DNA of 64,000 bases from Corallochytrium limacisporum Hawaii (lineage: Eukaryota; Protista; Pluriformea). A program made the translations under genes and the position numbers. The stretch covers positions 109,127 through 173,126 of the forward strand of contig PDIP01000051.1 in the NCBI GenBank assembly GCA_002811645.1, read 5' to 3'. Positions 21,629 to 34,764 of this stretch are shown one piece after another. Position 1 is the stretch's first letter; each line of letters begins with the position of its first letter. The notes beneath the pieces are model-generated. The model searched no databases, was not told where the DNA came from, and saw nothing but the letters and a program-made list of their open reading frames with translations.

Positions 21629-22594
21629 GTCGTCGTCGTCATCATCAAGCTCATCGTCATCATCAACGTCATATAAATCAGGATCGAATTCATCGTCGGA
21701 GTCTGCTTGTGAATCTTCATACTCTCCTAGGTAAACCATCAGCGCGTGAGGGATTATCTTCTCCCGGATGGTCTCCGCCAACGCAAAATCGAACGCAAGC
21801 TTTTGATCAGTCTCCTCCTCATCGTCGGTAGAGTCAATAAAGATATCAAAGAAACTGTCCACTTTCTCAGTCTTGATCATATACTCGGGACCACTGCCGG
21901 AATTGCCACCCTTGCCCTTGCGGCCGGGCTTGCGGTTTTTGCCACCAGGGATCTTGGTCTTGATGCGCTTGTAACGTGGATCCTTGTCCTCAGACTTGAA
22001 TTGAATGGAACTAGATTCTGCAGAGTAGAAGAGCAAGTCAGCATCCTCGTCTACCTTCATATTGAACTTCTTGGAGAGCACAGAATTGGCAAAGAATGGG
22101 TTCTCGTTGAAGTGGAATCTGATGCTGAAGTTGTGAGTTCCTTTCTCCTTTTCGCAGGTGATGTTATAGAGGTACTCTAGGATGGGCTCGTCCTTGTCGG
22201 TAATCACCGTATCCAGAATTTGGAAGCGACGCATGACATCGAGCCAGAAGTCCGGAATGCCAGTTATGATCTGAGCGGTACCCTTCTGGTTTCCAGTCTT
22301 TAGATCAAGGGCGGCCAGCTGCTCGTCGATGGTACGACTATCCCAGTTAGCAGGATCTTCAGTCCCCCTGACAAGATCACCCTGTTTGTTTTGTAAGGCT
22401 AGACGGCGCTCCTGGAATTCATCGTCGAGAGCAGCAATGCGCTCAATATATTCTTTTTCCAGGGCAATGTAGTCCTTGTACACACTGTGCAAACCGATAG
22501 CGCGTCTCTGCACAGCGTAGGCCAGGGTACTGATATCAGGGAGCCCCGAGAGGTTATCCGAGTCCGACTGGGACGCCATGGTCGTGGAAGGCAT
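21434..22594 (-). CDS. NAP1: Nucleosome assembly protein 1
   Basis: GIPDFWL, DEPILEYL, FHFNENPFFANSVLSKKF, SFFDIF, acidic tail, terminal CKQQ. Confidence 0.92.
21568..21700 (-). repeat. GAT/GAC/GAG trinucleotide tract (NAP1 acidic tail)
   Basis: catcatcatcat...cgtcgtcgt on the plus strand. Confidence 0.9.
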
Positions 22595-23003
22595 AGTTGT
22601 TGTCTAAGTTGAGAGATGCAACTTTGTCTTCTGTTGATTGGTCTCAAGTCTGATCCTTGGCCTGGTGGAGCAATTTTTCAATTCTCCTCATACAAGACTT
22701 CTACGGTTTGTTGCTACAAATGAATCCTCGTTCAAATAGTACCTGCCACAGCCCTCGTCGCAGCTATTGGGCCCAGATTAGACCGGCCAGACCGGCCGAG
22801 TGGCGTGGTGGCGCGAAAAACGCGCTAACGTCGACATATCGTTTCCCCCCTCCCTCTGGGAGCGGAGGAAAAGGGGGCCGGGATTTCCAAAATTGATTTA
22901 CAGAAACCTTCGTATTGATGTATGGCTAAAAAATTCTATTGTACTAGTGTAGTAAACAGTACTGCGCTATGGAATTTATTTGCGGGATGGTGGGTAAATG
23001 CTC

Positions 23004-25913
23004 TCACCAGAGATCGAACCGGAGCATCAGGAGGACCGGTAGAGCCGAGAGGACCAGAAGTAGGGGCCACAATTCCGTACCGAAGGAGTCCTTGATTAAA
23101 ATGGCCAATTTTTGCGTTATGTCCGTCACCTGTCTGCCCAATGTGAGCTGTGCATCGCAGCTCTTGAATCGATTGTGTACACCGTCACACTGATTGACCA
23201 ACTCACAGAGCATGGTACCAGGAATATGACAAGCAAATGCATAGGCATCCGTTGCACTGGCACACTGCGCATACTGCACCAGGCCGCTGCTCTGCATGTC
23301 TATAAGGCCGGAGATGGGATCGTACTCTGACACCACGTTCATGGTGCGGTGGTAGACCTGGTGTGCCTCGACATGCTCGTAGGGGCGATCTGGATGGCGG
23401 AATTTGGAGTACGCATGCTTGATGCCGGGTGCACTGAAGGCAATAGAAGTTGTATCCGTGACGAGACCGACGGCACGGGCGACACCGCCGCCTAGGGAGT
23501 GGCCGGTGAGAACGACGTGAATGTGCGGACGGCTCCGGCGGATTTCATCCACACGCTGAATGACCTGCTGATAGTACATATGGCGTCGATCGACAGCATG
23601 AAAGACCTCAAGAGATTCGTGCATGAGATTAACCATCATGGCTGAGGTGCGATCAGGCCACCAACGAATGGTGGGGAAGATCGCGGAGAGTATGTTCAAA
23701 GCTACTGGTTCTGTCCACATGCGAATGTCCTCGACGACATCATTCAGCACCAAGGGATCTGTACCACGCACAGCGACCACTATGATCTCGCGGTCCACGA
23801 ACTCAACCTCCAGGTGCTGCCCAGATCTGTGTTCTCCCTTATGAATGTGAGCACTGATACGACCGAAGGACTCCTTTGGAAAGGCCTTCTCGAGTAATTT
23901 CTGGTAGACGCGGTCATTCTCTGGGACGTAGGCGACCTCCGACATGATCATAAGGTCAGTGAGGGTGAAATTGTAGAACGAAGACTCGCAGGAGAGATAG
24001 TATGGCTGGGGCAGGTCCTTACGTTGCATCCAGTCCTTACGGGGTTGAATCTCTGTTGGTTCCTTAAGTGTCAGGCGTGTTTCGTGTAGTTCGGCGTGCT
24101 TAAAGACGAGAGAGTTGTCTCCGTCGTCGATGCCTAGATCCAGCGTACGCATTAGCGTGAGCTTTGTGGAGGTCTGCAAGTACGAAGCTGCGTTAACGAG
24201 GGCTAGGACGATGCAGAAAAAGGCCATGAAATTGAAGAGAAAGCGGAACGTGGCTCCAACCAGTGCTTTACCGGTTTTGGCGTGGCGAGAATGTCTCCGG
24301 CCACGCACGCCGTCTCCAGCGGTCACAATTGCTGCGGCCTCGCTGCGTGGAACGGTATTCAGAATGTACCGTCGCATGAAGTACAGTACCAGGAGTATAA
24401 AGTTCACATAACCGGGCAGTTTGCTGACATACATTAGAGCAAGTGCCAAAGCGATGGAGATCGCGAGCGCTTGAAAGGTCTGGGTCCAATTGCGCAGGAT
24501 CATAAAGACTTTAGACACACTGATGATCGTCAGGTACATTAGGGGCATGATCACGCACACCAGCGTGAACTCATCCTGTGCATCCATGAAACCAATATTG
24601 GGATGCATTGCACTGCGCGCAAATTGGAACAATGGGAACACAAAAAACACCACCCGCACCCCAAGGATCATTGGTACGAGTTTCTCGGGCTGTCCGTAGT
24701 ATGTTTTCGCACTCGGGGGTGTCATAACAACAAACAAACTCCAGAATACGAGCCATCCCAGCATCAATAACAGCGAGGCCCGACCATGCTCTAGGCCTGT
24801 GTACTGTTCCGGATTCACCCCGAGGTGACTGATGCCCCATAGGCTGAACCATGCGATGGTCGCAAGAATTAGTGGGATACTGAGCACATTGAGCGCATAC
24901 CATCGCCATCGAGTCTTTCCCGGGAACCCCTTGTTAAAGGATGGCACTTGATAGAGCAGGACACAGAGCCACTGATATATCGCAATGGTCAAGCAGATCC
25001 GCAGCACACGAAGAGGCATTTTGTATGGCTCATTGAACAGGCTCATCAGCGATCCACGACTGCAAAACTCGAAGATGTCGACTTCCGGGTGTTCGCACAT
25101 ATATGGCGCGGATACCGCGACGGAGGTCATGAGCAACAGTGGGCCCATAAGCACCCCAAACATGACAGCCCGGGACGAACGGTCCTGACTGATCATAACC
25201 CGCAAAGTAGGCAGGTCATCAACCGTTTGGAACGCCATTTGAAAGAAGTCGATGCTCAAAAGAACAACCAGGCGCAACACGCAGTAGCATTGTACAACAA
25301 AGGCTGCCCCCTCTATGAGTCCAACCTGCTCTTCTACTTGGAAGAATATGTTACCCATCTTGAGTCCTACGTTGCTCAGAACGTTGACCAGGAAGGCCCA
25401 CATTAGACCTACACATTGCAGGCAAACGTACACATAGAAGACATTCATCAACCGCAACATCATTGCGTTACTGACAATCAAGACGGCAAATTTCTGCAGC
25501 ATCAGACGTAACCACTTCTCAAAGAGTGCCAACGGCCCGTATTGCCAGCTCAGATAGGTCTCCGAGCTGTCTGGGGCGGCGATAAGATCATCTTCACCGT
25601 GATGAGACTCGTTCTTGTCCACATCCATTGGTGTACTGCCGTTTTTGGCGCTACTATTCCTGTCTTGGGATTTTCTGTTTGTGCCATTACGATTTGCCCC
25701 ATTTCTGGCCCTTGCCTGTGTGGCTTTCTTAGATTGTGGCGAACCAGTCTGGTTGCGTTTCCGGAGAGCTAAATTGTTGAAACCTTCCAATAACTCCGTC
25801 TCAAGTGTGCCGTCCTGAACACTTTCTTGGACGGTGCCGGGCTCCTGAACTTCATGAGCAGCAAATTCGCGCCTCTTTGAAGCCGCATCCATCCCACGCG
25901 TACGCACCGTCAT
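23004..25913 (-). CDS. Multi-pass membrane protein with C-terminal class-3 (Atg15-like) lipase domain
   Basis: VVAVRGT, LTGHSLGGG, AFSAPG, YDPI; many TM segments. ORF-track ATG (26042) lies inside a candidate intron, so ATG 25913 is preferred. Confidence 0.8.
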   Translation of the reverse strand: MTVRTRGMDAASKRREFAAHEVQEPGTVQESVQDGTLETELLEGFNNLALRKRNQTGSPQSKKATQARARNGANRNGTNRKSQDRNSSAKNGSTPMDVDKNESHHGEDDLIAAPDSSETYLSWQYGPLALFEKWLRLMLQKFAVLIVSNAMMLRLMNVFYVYVCLQCVGLMWAFLVNVLSNVGLKMGNIFFQVEEQVGLIEGAAFVVQCYCVLRLVVLLSIDFFQMAFQTVDDLPTLRVMISQDRSSRAVMFGVLMGPLLLMTSVAVSAPYMCEHPEVDIFEFCSRGSLMSLFNEPYKMPLRVLRICLTIAIYQWLCVLLYQVPSFNKGFPGKTRWRWYALNVLSIPLILATIAWFSLWGISHLGVNPEQYTGLEHGRASLLLMLGWLVFWSLFVVMTPPSAKTYYGQPEKLVPMILGVRVVFFVFPLFQFARSAMHPNIGFMDAQDEFTLVCVIMPLMYLTIISVSKVFMILRNWTQTFQALAISIALALALMYVSKLPGYVNFILLVLYFMRRYILNTVPRSEAAAIVTAGDGVRGRRHSRHAKTGKALVGATFRFLFNFMAFFCIVLALVNAASYLQTSTKLTLMRTLDLGIDDGDNSLVFKHAELHETRLTLKEPTEIQPRKDWMQRKDLPQPYYLSCESSFYNFTLTDLMIMSEVAYVPENDRVYQKLLEKAFPKESFGRISAHIHKGEHRSGQHLEVEFVDREIIVVAVRGTDPLVLNDVVEDIRMWTEPVALNILSAIFPTIRWWPDRTSAMMVNLMHESLEVFHAVDRRHMYYQQVIQRVDEIRRSRPHIHVVLTGHSLGGGVARAVGLVTDTTSIAFSAPGIKHAYSKFRHPDRPYEHVEAHQVYHRTMNVVSEYDPISGLIDMQSSGLVQYAQCASATDAYAFACHIPGTMLCELVNQCDGVHNRFKSCDAQLTLGRQVTDITQKLAILIKDSFGTELWPLLLVLSALPVLLMLRFDLW

Positions 25914-26008
25914 TGTTGGTATCGCTGGTCGGTCCACCCGTCTTTGGAAACTTGTCACCGCATAGCGGAGTCTTGGTGAAACTTCGGCGCGTCGTTCTTT
26001 AAAGTATG

Positions 26009-26089
26009 CTAGCAATATACAAACTGTACTGTCCTCAATCATCTCTATTCGAGATCCACCTTAGCTCTGGGCGGTTTAGATAGCCTCAC
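26009..26089 (-). other. Candidate 5'-UTR intron (81 nt)
   Basis: AAG|GTGAGG donor; TTGCTAG acceptor. Confidence 0.55.
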
Positions 26090-26574
26090 CTTCCGAATGT
26101 CCGCCTCTTGACCGACCATTCCATGACTAGATTGCACGCCTCCCCCATCGGTACCCTCAACGCGTTCGAACCGTCGCAATTATATTGATAACACGGGGAG
26201 CCCATACCATCCAAGTGGCTGTTTCTTGGCCGCGGAGGCGATCAGGTGGTTCACCTCACCTCAAAGAGGCCCCCTGTTTGAACCCAAGATCTTTCTTGCT
26301 TTCGTCACCTCTTAATTGAGTCGGTTCAAAAGGTACCGGTCATTGGACTGTGCACAGGGGCCTATTTTCGTTTACTATTTCTGTGTTTTTTCGGGCTGTG
26401 GGGTCGAGTGGCTACCTCTGTTGCCCTCTCTTTCGCAAGTCCTGGGAGTGACACTGTTGCCACAGGCCGGTCCGTCGTCGCCGGTCAAGGTAGGGTCTTA
26501 AATGCTGCTGACGAGACTGCGTTTGTGTGTCTTGGAACCCTGGAACAGAGAGTCGACACATTATATCGGAATCG

Positions 26575-26633
26575 GTAAGTCCTCTAATAAAATCCAAGTT
26601 TAAGCTGTATGTGCACACCAGTTACTTATGTAG
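26575..26633 (+). other. Candidate 5'-UTR intron (59 nt, or 62 nt to the next TAG)
   Basis: G|GTAAGT donor; TTATGTAG/TAG tandem acceptor. Confidence 0.55.
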
Positions 26634-26728
26634 TAGAGCCTGCTTCCGTCTCGCGGATGTTAGAACAACATCCAATCGCTGCCGACTACAGTCTTCGGGT
26701 AGTCTTTGATACTAGTTCCAATTTAGTT

Positions 26729-27475
26729 ATGACGTCTGCGCTGAGCGCCTTGTTCCGTAAGGTGCCCCGTATGGGACAGAGTCTAGTGCGTCCTGTTAAC
26801 GTGGCCGGCAGGTTTGCCTCGGTACGGCCCGTGTGCACGACCCGGCAAGTGCTTCAACCCCTGATCCCGACCGTTGTAGAGTATACTCCGCGGGGTGAGC
26901 GCTACCATGACATCTTTAGTCGGCTGTTGAAGGAGCGTATCATTTGCGTTATGGGACCAATTAGCGAGGAATTAAGTGCCGTGGTTGTGGCACAACTGTT
27001 GTATTGTGAATCCGAGGCCCCGGAGTCCCCAATCAGTATGTACATCAATTCCCCAGGTGGCTTTGTGACCGCAGGCATGGCCATATACGATACCATGCAG
27101 TACATTAAGTCTCCAGTGCATACCCTGTGCATGGGTCAAGCTGCATCCATGGGATCCCTTCTACTTGCTGCCGGAGAGCCGGGTCACCGCTTTATCCTGC
27201 CCAATGCTCGGGTCATGGTCCACCAGCCGAGCGGTGGTGCGAGTGGCCAAGCCAGTGACATTGCTATCCACGCCAAAGAAATTCTGGAGACACGGGAACG
27301 CCTGAACAAGATCTACCAGCAACACACGGGTCAGGACTATGATATCATTGAGAAAGCCCTTGAGCGTGACAACTTCATGAGCCCGGAGCGGGCTAAGGAA
27401 TTTGGGTTGGTCGATGAGGTCATTGCCGAACGCACAGAGGAGACCAAGGCGGACGGAAACCAGAAATCCGACTAA
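26729..27475 (+). CDS. CLPP: Mitochondrial ClpP protease
   Basis: [44 protein letters not shown]; Arg-rich presequence [14 protein letters not shown]; an in-frame ATG at 26657 is an alternative start. Confidence 0.93.
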   Translation: MTSALSALFRKVPRMGQSLVRPVNVAGRFASVRPVCTTRQVLQPLIPTVVEYTPRGERYHDIFSRLLKERIICVMGPISEELSAVVVAQLLYCESEAPESPISMYINSPGGFVTAGMAIYDTMQYIKSPVHTLCMGQAASMGSLLLAAGEPGHRFILPNARVMVHQPSGGASGQASDIAIHAKEILETRERLNKIYQQHTGQDYDIIEKALERDNFMSPERAKEFGLVDEVIAERTEETKADGNQKSD

Positions 27476-27731
27476 AATTGACAAGATCAAAGGGCTGCAA
27501 AGCTTTTTCAGACAGTTTATTAGAAAGCTTCACTGTTGTATCCTTTACTTTCACCTCATAAAATTGATCTCCCAGAGATTCCCGAGCACGTATAATTAGC
27601 GTCAAGACATTTGTCCGTAAAATTCATACGCATACAGAAACAAAACAACCTTTGTGGACGCTGCTTTCTTTGAATTGCTATTTTTTATTATTGTGCTCCC
27701 TTGAGGAACAGATGACACTACAGTTTTGTGT

Positions 27732-29094
<1,363 letters not shown>

Positions 29095-29695
29095 CTTTCA
29101 ATACACTAGTCAGATTAAAAGCGCAAGTCAAAGGGGAACCAACTTCTGGGCAAGGAAGCTGCTATGCATCTTTGCAAACTTGAGAGAAACGGACAGAGTA
29201 AAAAGCAAATTCTGTCTGGTCGGAAGTTTGTTACCAATCCCAAAACGTGGGGTGGGACTTCCCCCGTGCTGTTCGCCCGTGTCTGCGAAAAGTACTGCGC
29301 GAGGCCAAGTGTTGTGCCTTACGTTCCCTCACAGAAGGGGAGGGCTCAGGACTACAGCTGCGAAACGAGTGGCTAACCAAAACCTCGAATTGCCGCAAGT
29401 GTTCAGCAGCCAACGCGAGAGGAGGCCAAAGGCGCGAAAATTTATTGGCGGCTTTTGCCCCGGGGCGTTCAGTGCTGAGCAAGGGCTCAGTCTCCCGAGA
29501 GACCTACGCGGTGTTTCCAGGCGCAGTTCCGGAAACGGGCAACTGCCCTTAGGCTACTTGATGGTGACAAAATGGGAAACATGATCAATTATTTGTAAGC
29601 GAATGGATGTGATTAACTTCGATTTTGAGCAAACCACGAGATAAGATGATAAAGAAGCAACTACGGGAAAGGTAGACATCGTGGTCGAAGTCACA

Positions 29696-30709
29696 ATGCC
29701 AAGCGAACTACGCAGCCTCCTGGGTAAGAGTCTGGATCTAATATCCGTCCAGCAAGCCAGTGGACAGGTTATTGAGCACACAGCAGCGTTGGAACGGAAA
29801 GTTTCGGAATTGGAAGGGCGGAAACGAGCTCTAGAGGCAGAGTCTGCGCATAGACAGAAGACCAAAAGGATTCTGCACCTGCTGCCAAAGCAATTGACCA
29901 GGGCCGAAGATGAACATGGAAGCAAGACAGACGTAGTAACAAAAGAGGAGGAGACAAGCAATTTTCTGAAAAGAGTAGCCCAAGAAAGTAGTGACAGTGG
30001 AATACAGGCCAAACTACAGGCATACCGCCTGGCAGGCGTGACGTTTGTGCCACACAGTGAAGTCGAGGTGGAACTTCGGATCGAAACTGCTCACGGGCGT
30101 CGCTATTGTGAAACCATTTATCTCTTTCTGCGAATACCTTCCGATGAGATGAGGAACAGCAACAGCGACAGCACCCCGGGCGATAAAGGGAAAATTTTAG
30201 TCACCCGTCATACCGTCCCGCCGTTTATTAACTTGCGACAAATTGCGCACGATCATTTGAGTTTGAGCCTGCGCAACTTCACCTTCGAGCTATCCGACCA
30301 CATGAACGCCTTCGTGCAACGCAGAGAAGGGATTGAAGATCTCAAGCAAGTACTCGGTCCGAATACTCTACCGGAAGACAGCATTTTTGCGAATCGGGGG
30401 TGCACCATGGTTGCCTTCATGCTTCGGAATGTTGAGATTGGAGGTGGTGAGGATCAGTACCCAAAAGCCCAGCAGCTCCGGATCATCCTAGGCTATGACA
30501 GAGTTAAGGACATTCTACCAACACGAGTGCTGGTCAGTCGTGCGGACGTCACTGAACATGAACAGACGTTTGGAACTTTGGTATCCTTCTCGCTGGCTGC
30601 CAGGGGCGGACAACGGATATGGGCCTGGGAGGACCGCCTCCGTAGAGAATCTTTGTCGACAGCGATTCCTGCTTTGATGGGTCGTCGTAGGGATCGTTGT
30701 GAGAAATAA
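29696..30709 (+). CDS. CENPO: CENP-O/Mcm21-like inner kinetochore protein
   Basis: N-terminal coiled coil then AYRLAGVTF, LRIETAHGRRYCETIYLFL, RHTVPPFINL, NAFVQRRE; first ATG 29696, start uncertain. Confidence 0.75.
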   Translation: MPSELRSLLGKSLDLISVQQASGQVIEHTAALERKVSELEGRKRALEAESAHRQKTKRILHLLPKQLTRAEDEHGSKTDVVTKEEETSNFLKRVAQESSDSGIQAKLQAYRLAGVTFVPHSEVEVELRIETAHGRRYCETIYLFLRIPSDEMRNSNSDSTPGDKGKILVTRHTVPPFINLRQIAHDHLSLSLRNFTFELSDHMNAFVQRREGIEDLKQVLGPNTLPEDSIFANRGCTMVAFMLRNVEIGGGEDQYPKAQQLRIILGYDRVKDILPTRVLVSRADVTEHEQTFGTLVSFSLAARGGQRIWAWEDRLRRESLSTAIPALMGRRRDRCEK

Positions 30710-30836
30710 CACTGTGAAAACTAAAGCAAAGCAATACAAATCTGAACATACTACGCAGGTGTGCCTGTGTATTCATTAGTTTAGAGTAACATGTATCTCC
30801 TCTGGGTTGGCTACAATGGAAGGCTCTTCGTTTGCT

Positions 30837-31301
30837 TCAAACAAATCCATCCATATCATCTGTCCGAAGCAAACGGTAAAGGATATCATCCACGATGGAC
30901 TTGACATGAAATTCCAGCTCAGAAATGTGCTGCCGCTGCTTCTCTTTGTACTCAAAGAAATAGAAGAGTTTGATCGCCAATTTCTCAATCTTTTCCCTTT
31001 CTTCACTCATCTCCCGCGACTGCAATAGAATGTCTCCCAACACGGGGTTATTATCCAGTTTGGCGTCTACCATTTCCTGAAATTCCTCAACATCCGCTGA
31101 CGTCGGCTTGCTGCCGTTGGGTTGAAAGGGTTTCATTAGTGACTGCCAGCCCATGTCCTCACACCGCTCCTTGACAGCGGTGCGGATGTAGAAGGACTGG
31201 TCCTTCACTGCGTCATTATTTAATGATGCCGTGTCACGGCGGCTCAGAGGGGCTAGGTCCGGCGCCGGTGCGGGTCCCTTGGCACCTGATGAAGCTGCCA
31301 T
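30837..31301 (-). CDS. Hypothetical helical protein (154 aa or longer)
   Basis: ATG ORF with protein-like composition, convergent with CENP-O; frame stays open 36 codons upstream. Confidence 0.55.
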   Translation of the reverse strand: MAASSGAKGPAPAPDLAPLSRRDTASLNNDAVKDQSFYIRTAVKERCEDMGWQSLMKPFQPNGSKPTSADVEEFQEMVDAKLDNNPVLGDILLQSREMSEEREKIEKLAIKLFYFFEYKEKQRQHISELEFHVKSIVDDILYRLLRTDDMDGFV

Positions 31302-33177
31302 AACCTGACCCGGGTGTACGGCGGCGCTCTGTCTGACGTGAATGGTTGCTGGTGGGGATACTACTTCCTTAGTAGGTTCTGCTGCTTCTCTTCTATATTT
31401 CCTGGCGGTTCACTCCATAGCTCGGAGTCTGCTCCCTTATGGCGATGGCGTCCACCTGTTCTAGGTTTTTTTTCTTCTGTATTTCCATGCCTCAGATTCC
31501 TGTGCAATGAATTCGCAGCCGGTGTCTGTACTTCTTCACGTCTTTCTAGTACCTATACGAAGTGCTTATTCTTTGCCACCGAAGCTTGTACACCCAATTT
31601 CATTCGCTATTATCATATGCTCATCCGTTATCGTCACCATCCCCACCCTCTGCGTACTTTTGGCCACCAATTGACCATCAATGGCAAGTCGTAACGTACG
31701 ACTCTGTAACGGCAACAGCAACCGGCGGTGCAGGGAGCCCAGGCAGACTCTCCGATTTCCCCTTGCTGTTGGAAGGGTGTCCTCCAAAGCCGAATCTTGA
31801 TGCTACTGGCAAATTATCATTCTCGGGTGTACCCGAGGTACACAACCGGTGTGCGGTTTAAACTTTTAAGAAGGGGGAGGGTACGGGCGCCGGGGCACTG
31901 TCGTTGTCCTGGTACTGACTCACTGCGCCCCGCAGCAGCGGGTTGGCGAGAAGGGTGCGGGTGTTGGGTCATATGATGAAGAACCCAACTATTTGAACGA
32001 ACCCCGCTATTCCGCAAAGGGCGGACCCCGGTGAGGGGGAGGGGGGGGGGAGAGAGAGAGAAAGGGAGAGAAGAGGAGGAACCTACTTCGACCCACTGCT
32101 GCCACCACCACCACCGATGCACCCCGGGGAGAGATGAATGCGGTATATTCACTATAGCGACCGAGACAACAGAATATACAGCGGAGGGGAGGCGGGCAGG
32201 CTGGCTATCTGGGCTGCTCCTGGTTGTACCCGCCTGGGCTCACCACAGTTTGGTCGGGTGAAGAAAAAACCAGGGAAGAGAACCCTCTCCCTGCTCCGGG
32301 CTTGGGGGAGGGGGGGGGAGGGCAAACATTAATCACATTTTCAGATGACTCTGGGTGTCATATAAAATGTATTGAAATGGACAAGATACGTCTCCACCTC
32401 CTAAAAGGACAGGTCACCAGCGGAAGAAAATTTTCTCCGGTCGGTGGCCCGCTGCAGTGAGATGACACAAAACGTCGACAGCGAGTGGCAGCCTTCTCAA
32501 ACCCTATGACGGAATTACCGCCATGTCATCGATCAGCCCCCCAAAACGGGAGGTCGAGGTGCCGTTGCAGAATCCAAAACTTGGTGGCACAAGCAACCCC
32601 TGTGCCATATACTCACTAGTGCCAATCGGTGCTCCTGATAAGCTCTTTCAATATTTTGCGTAGCAGTGTCGGAGAGGAAGGGGGGGGTAAAAAAGGAAAC
32701 AACTATTGGTAGCTGGGAAAAGAGGGGGGGTGGGGGCCGGGCCACAACAGAAACCCCAACGGACCGGAGAACCGAAGTGTCCGGACGGGACGGGCTTGGG
32801 CACGGGGCGGGCCAGAAGATTCTCTGAGGTTTGATACGGGGGCCTATTTATTGACAAGATGATGACGAGCTGCAATCAACCTGGCCCATGGGGCGGAAGG
32901 TGTTTGGATGGGGGATCCCCCGGAGGGGTTGGTTCTCCATTGCGGAAGGTCGGGGTTCTCTTTTGTTGTTGGCTTTGGCTGCTCCGCCGCATTAGGAGAG
33001 GTTATTTAGACCTTGAATCCAAAGACAGACAAGATTGGCTTATGATAAAATAGTTGCATTTGGTTCTGTATTGTTCTGGATATGATCATGAAGTGGCGAT
33101 AGAAGAACGAACTCGATTAAGCGGTTCAAGGGCATATATATACATGTAGTAGGTAAGATATGGATCACTAGGGAAAG

Positions 33178-34563
33178 ATGGGTACATTCTTTGCAAAGTT
33201 CGATAGTTTTTCAAAGGCAGAGCATGATAACATGGTTCGCACTCCTGCCGGTGGAGTGACCTTCTTTACTGCACTGTTTACTGCACTCATTCTCGTTCTT
33301 GCCGAACTGCGAGACTGGGGTTCTTTGAAGATGGAGTACTCATATGAAATCGACAACACACGAACTGCCCCTGGGTTGGATACGGTACCCATTGACATTG
33401 ACATTGTGGTACGGGGAAGTTGCGATTACTATCAAGTCGACATCCTGGACCGAACCCCGGATGGACAGGCCAGTATGGACCAAACGAGCGGCATCCAGTC
33501 CCATCTCCGCTTCACCAAGACGTACTTTGAACTAGACAAATTCGAGTGGATGGAGCTCAGGGCAGCACGATACCCTCCAGAGAAGGCAGGAGTCAAAATC
33601 GACAGAGATCGGGCACGTACCACACGCTTGATAGAAATCGCCAAGCGTGAACGGGGAGATGACCGCCTCAAGAAGGTCCGCGATGCCTGCCGCATCAGTG
33701 GCACCCTGATCGGCCGCAAGGTGGCATCCACTTTGCGAATTTACTACGGAGAGAAATATGTTGACCACTTCGGTGATACGCATGTAAGGAGGATCTCCGA
33801 TCCAAACTTCATCTATGACACTAGCCACCGTTTCGAAGTTTTTGAGATCGGCTATCAGCCAGATGACGGCATTGCCACATACGCGAACATGCATCTGCCC
33901 CACAAAGTCAATGTCGTAGACCTAGAAGAGCGGGACTACATCAACCTCGGCTTTGAAAAGATCGTCGCACGCGATGGCAAGGACGCCCGTATTGAGGACG
34001 TGCCCAAGGATGCCGGCACCAAGGCCGTGGACTACTATTTGCAGGTCATTCCAACACTCTACGAGGACCGCTTCGGCCGACTGACGCTGCTCAATCAGAT
34101 TGCAGCCACGCGCCAGGAGACACACGCAGAAGCCACTGTGGCCGCAGCACTCAATAACCAAGGAGAAGTCGACCTCGCCAAGCTCCTGTCCCAAACCGAT
34201 GGAGGGGGCAGCCTTAAGCGTACACCTGGTATCTTCATGCACTTCAATTTCTATGAACTCACAATGAAGGTCAAGGAATATCGCACGCCAGTTATAGTGA
34301 TCTTTGTGCGGATTGCTGCATTGATAGGTGGAGTGTTTGCCACGGCATCGTACCTGCGCGCGCTGATAGAAGGACCCATGGCCAAGCAACAAGTAGCCAG
34401 AACTCGTGGAGAGCCAAATTACGGCCGTGACCTGCGGGTTGGGCCTACACCCAGTCCGACTCGCGAGCTTATCGACCAGGAGGACAGTCTGGACTCATAC
34501 TCTGCACCGACGCAAAAGGAGGAGGCGCGTCTGCTTGTTCCCGATTCTGGGGGACGGTCCTGA
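33178..34563 (+). CDS. ERGIC/Erv41-Erv46 family ER-Golgi cycling protein
   Basis: FDSFSK...RTPAGGVTFF first TM, ACRISGTL, YYLQVIPT, PGIFMHFNF, second TM IFVRIAALIGGVF. Confidence 0.85.
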   Translation: MGTFFAKFDSFSKAEHDNMVRTPAGGVTFFTALFTALILVLAELRDWGSLKMEYSYEIDNTRTAPGLDTVPIDIDIVVRGSCDYYQVDILDRTPDGQASMDQTSGIQSHLRFTKTYFELDKFEWMELRAARYPPEKAGVKIDRDRARTTRLIEIAKRERGDDRLKKVRDACRISGTLIGRKVASTLRIYYGEKYVDHFGDTHVRRISDPNFIYDTSHRFEVFEIGYQPDDGIATYANMHLPHKVNVVDLEERDYINLGFEKIVARDGKDARIEDVPKDAGTKAVDYYLQVIPTLYEDRFGRLTLLNQIAATRQETHAEATVAAALNNQGEVDLAKLLSQTDGGGSLKRTPGIFMHFNFYELTMKVKEYRTPVIVIFVRIAALIGGVFATASYLRALIEGPMAKQQVARTRGEPNYGRDLRVGPTPSPTRELIDQEDSLDSYSAPTQKEEARLLVPDSGGRS

Positions 34564-34764
34564 ATGAATTGATACGACTTAGATAGTAGTGAATAGGTGA
34601 CACCTGTGAAATTGTGGATTGATAAGAAATGTAATAATCATGCTAGATGCTACAAGAGAAAGGAAACGAAATGAAGAATTCGTGATGCACACATACTTAG
34701 TGGTTTCACATGCCTTCCATTCATTTTTCACTTTCAGATTCATGTGTTTCACTTTGACTTCGTT

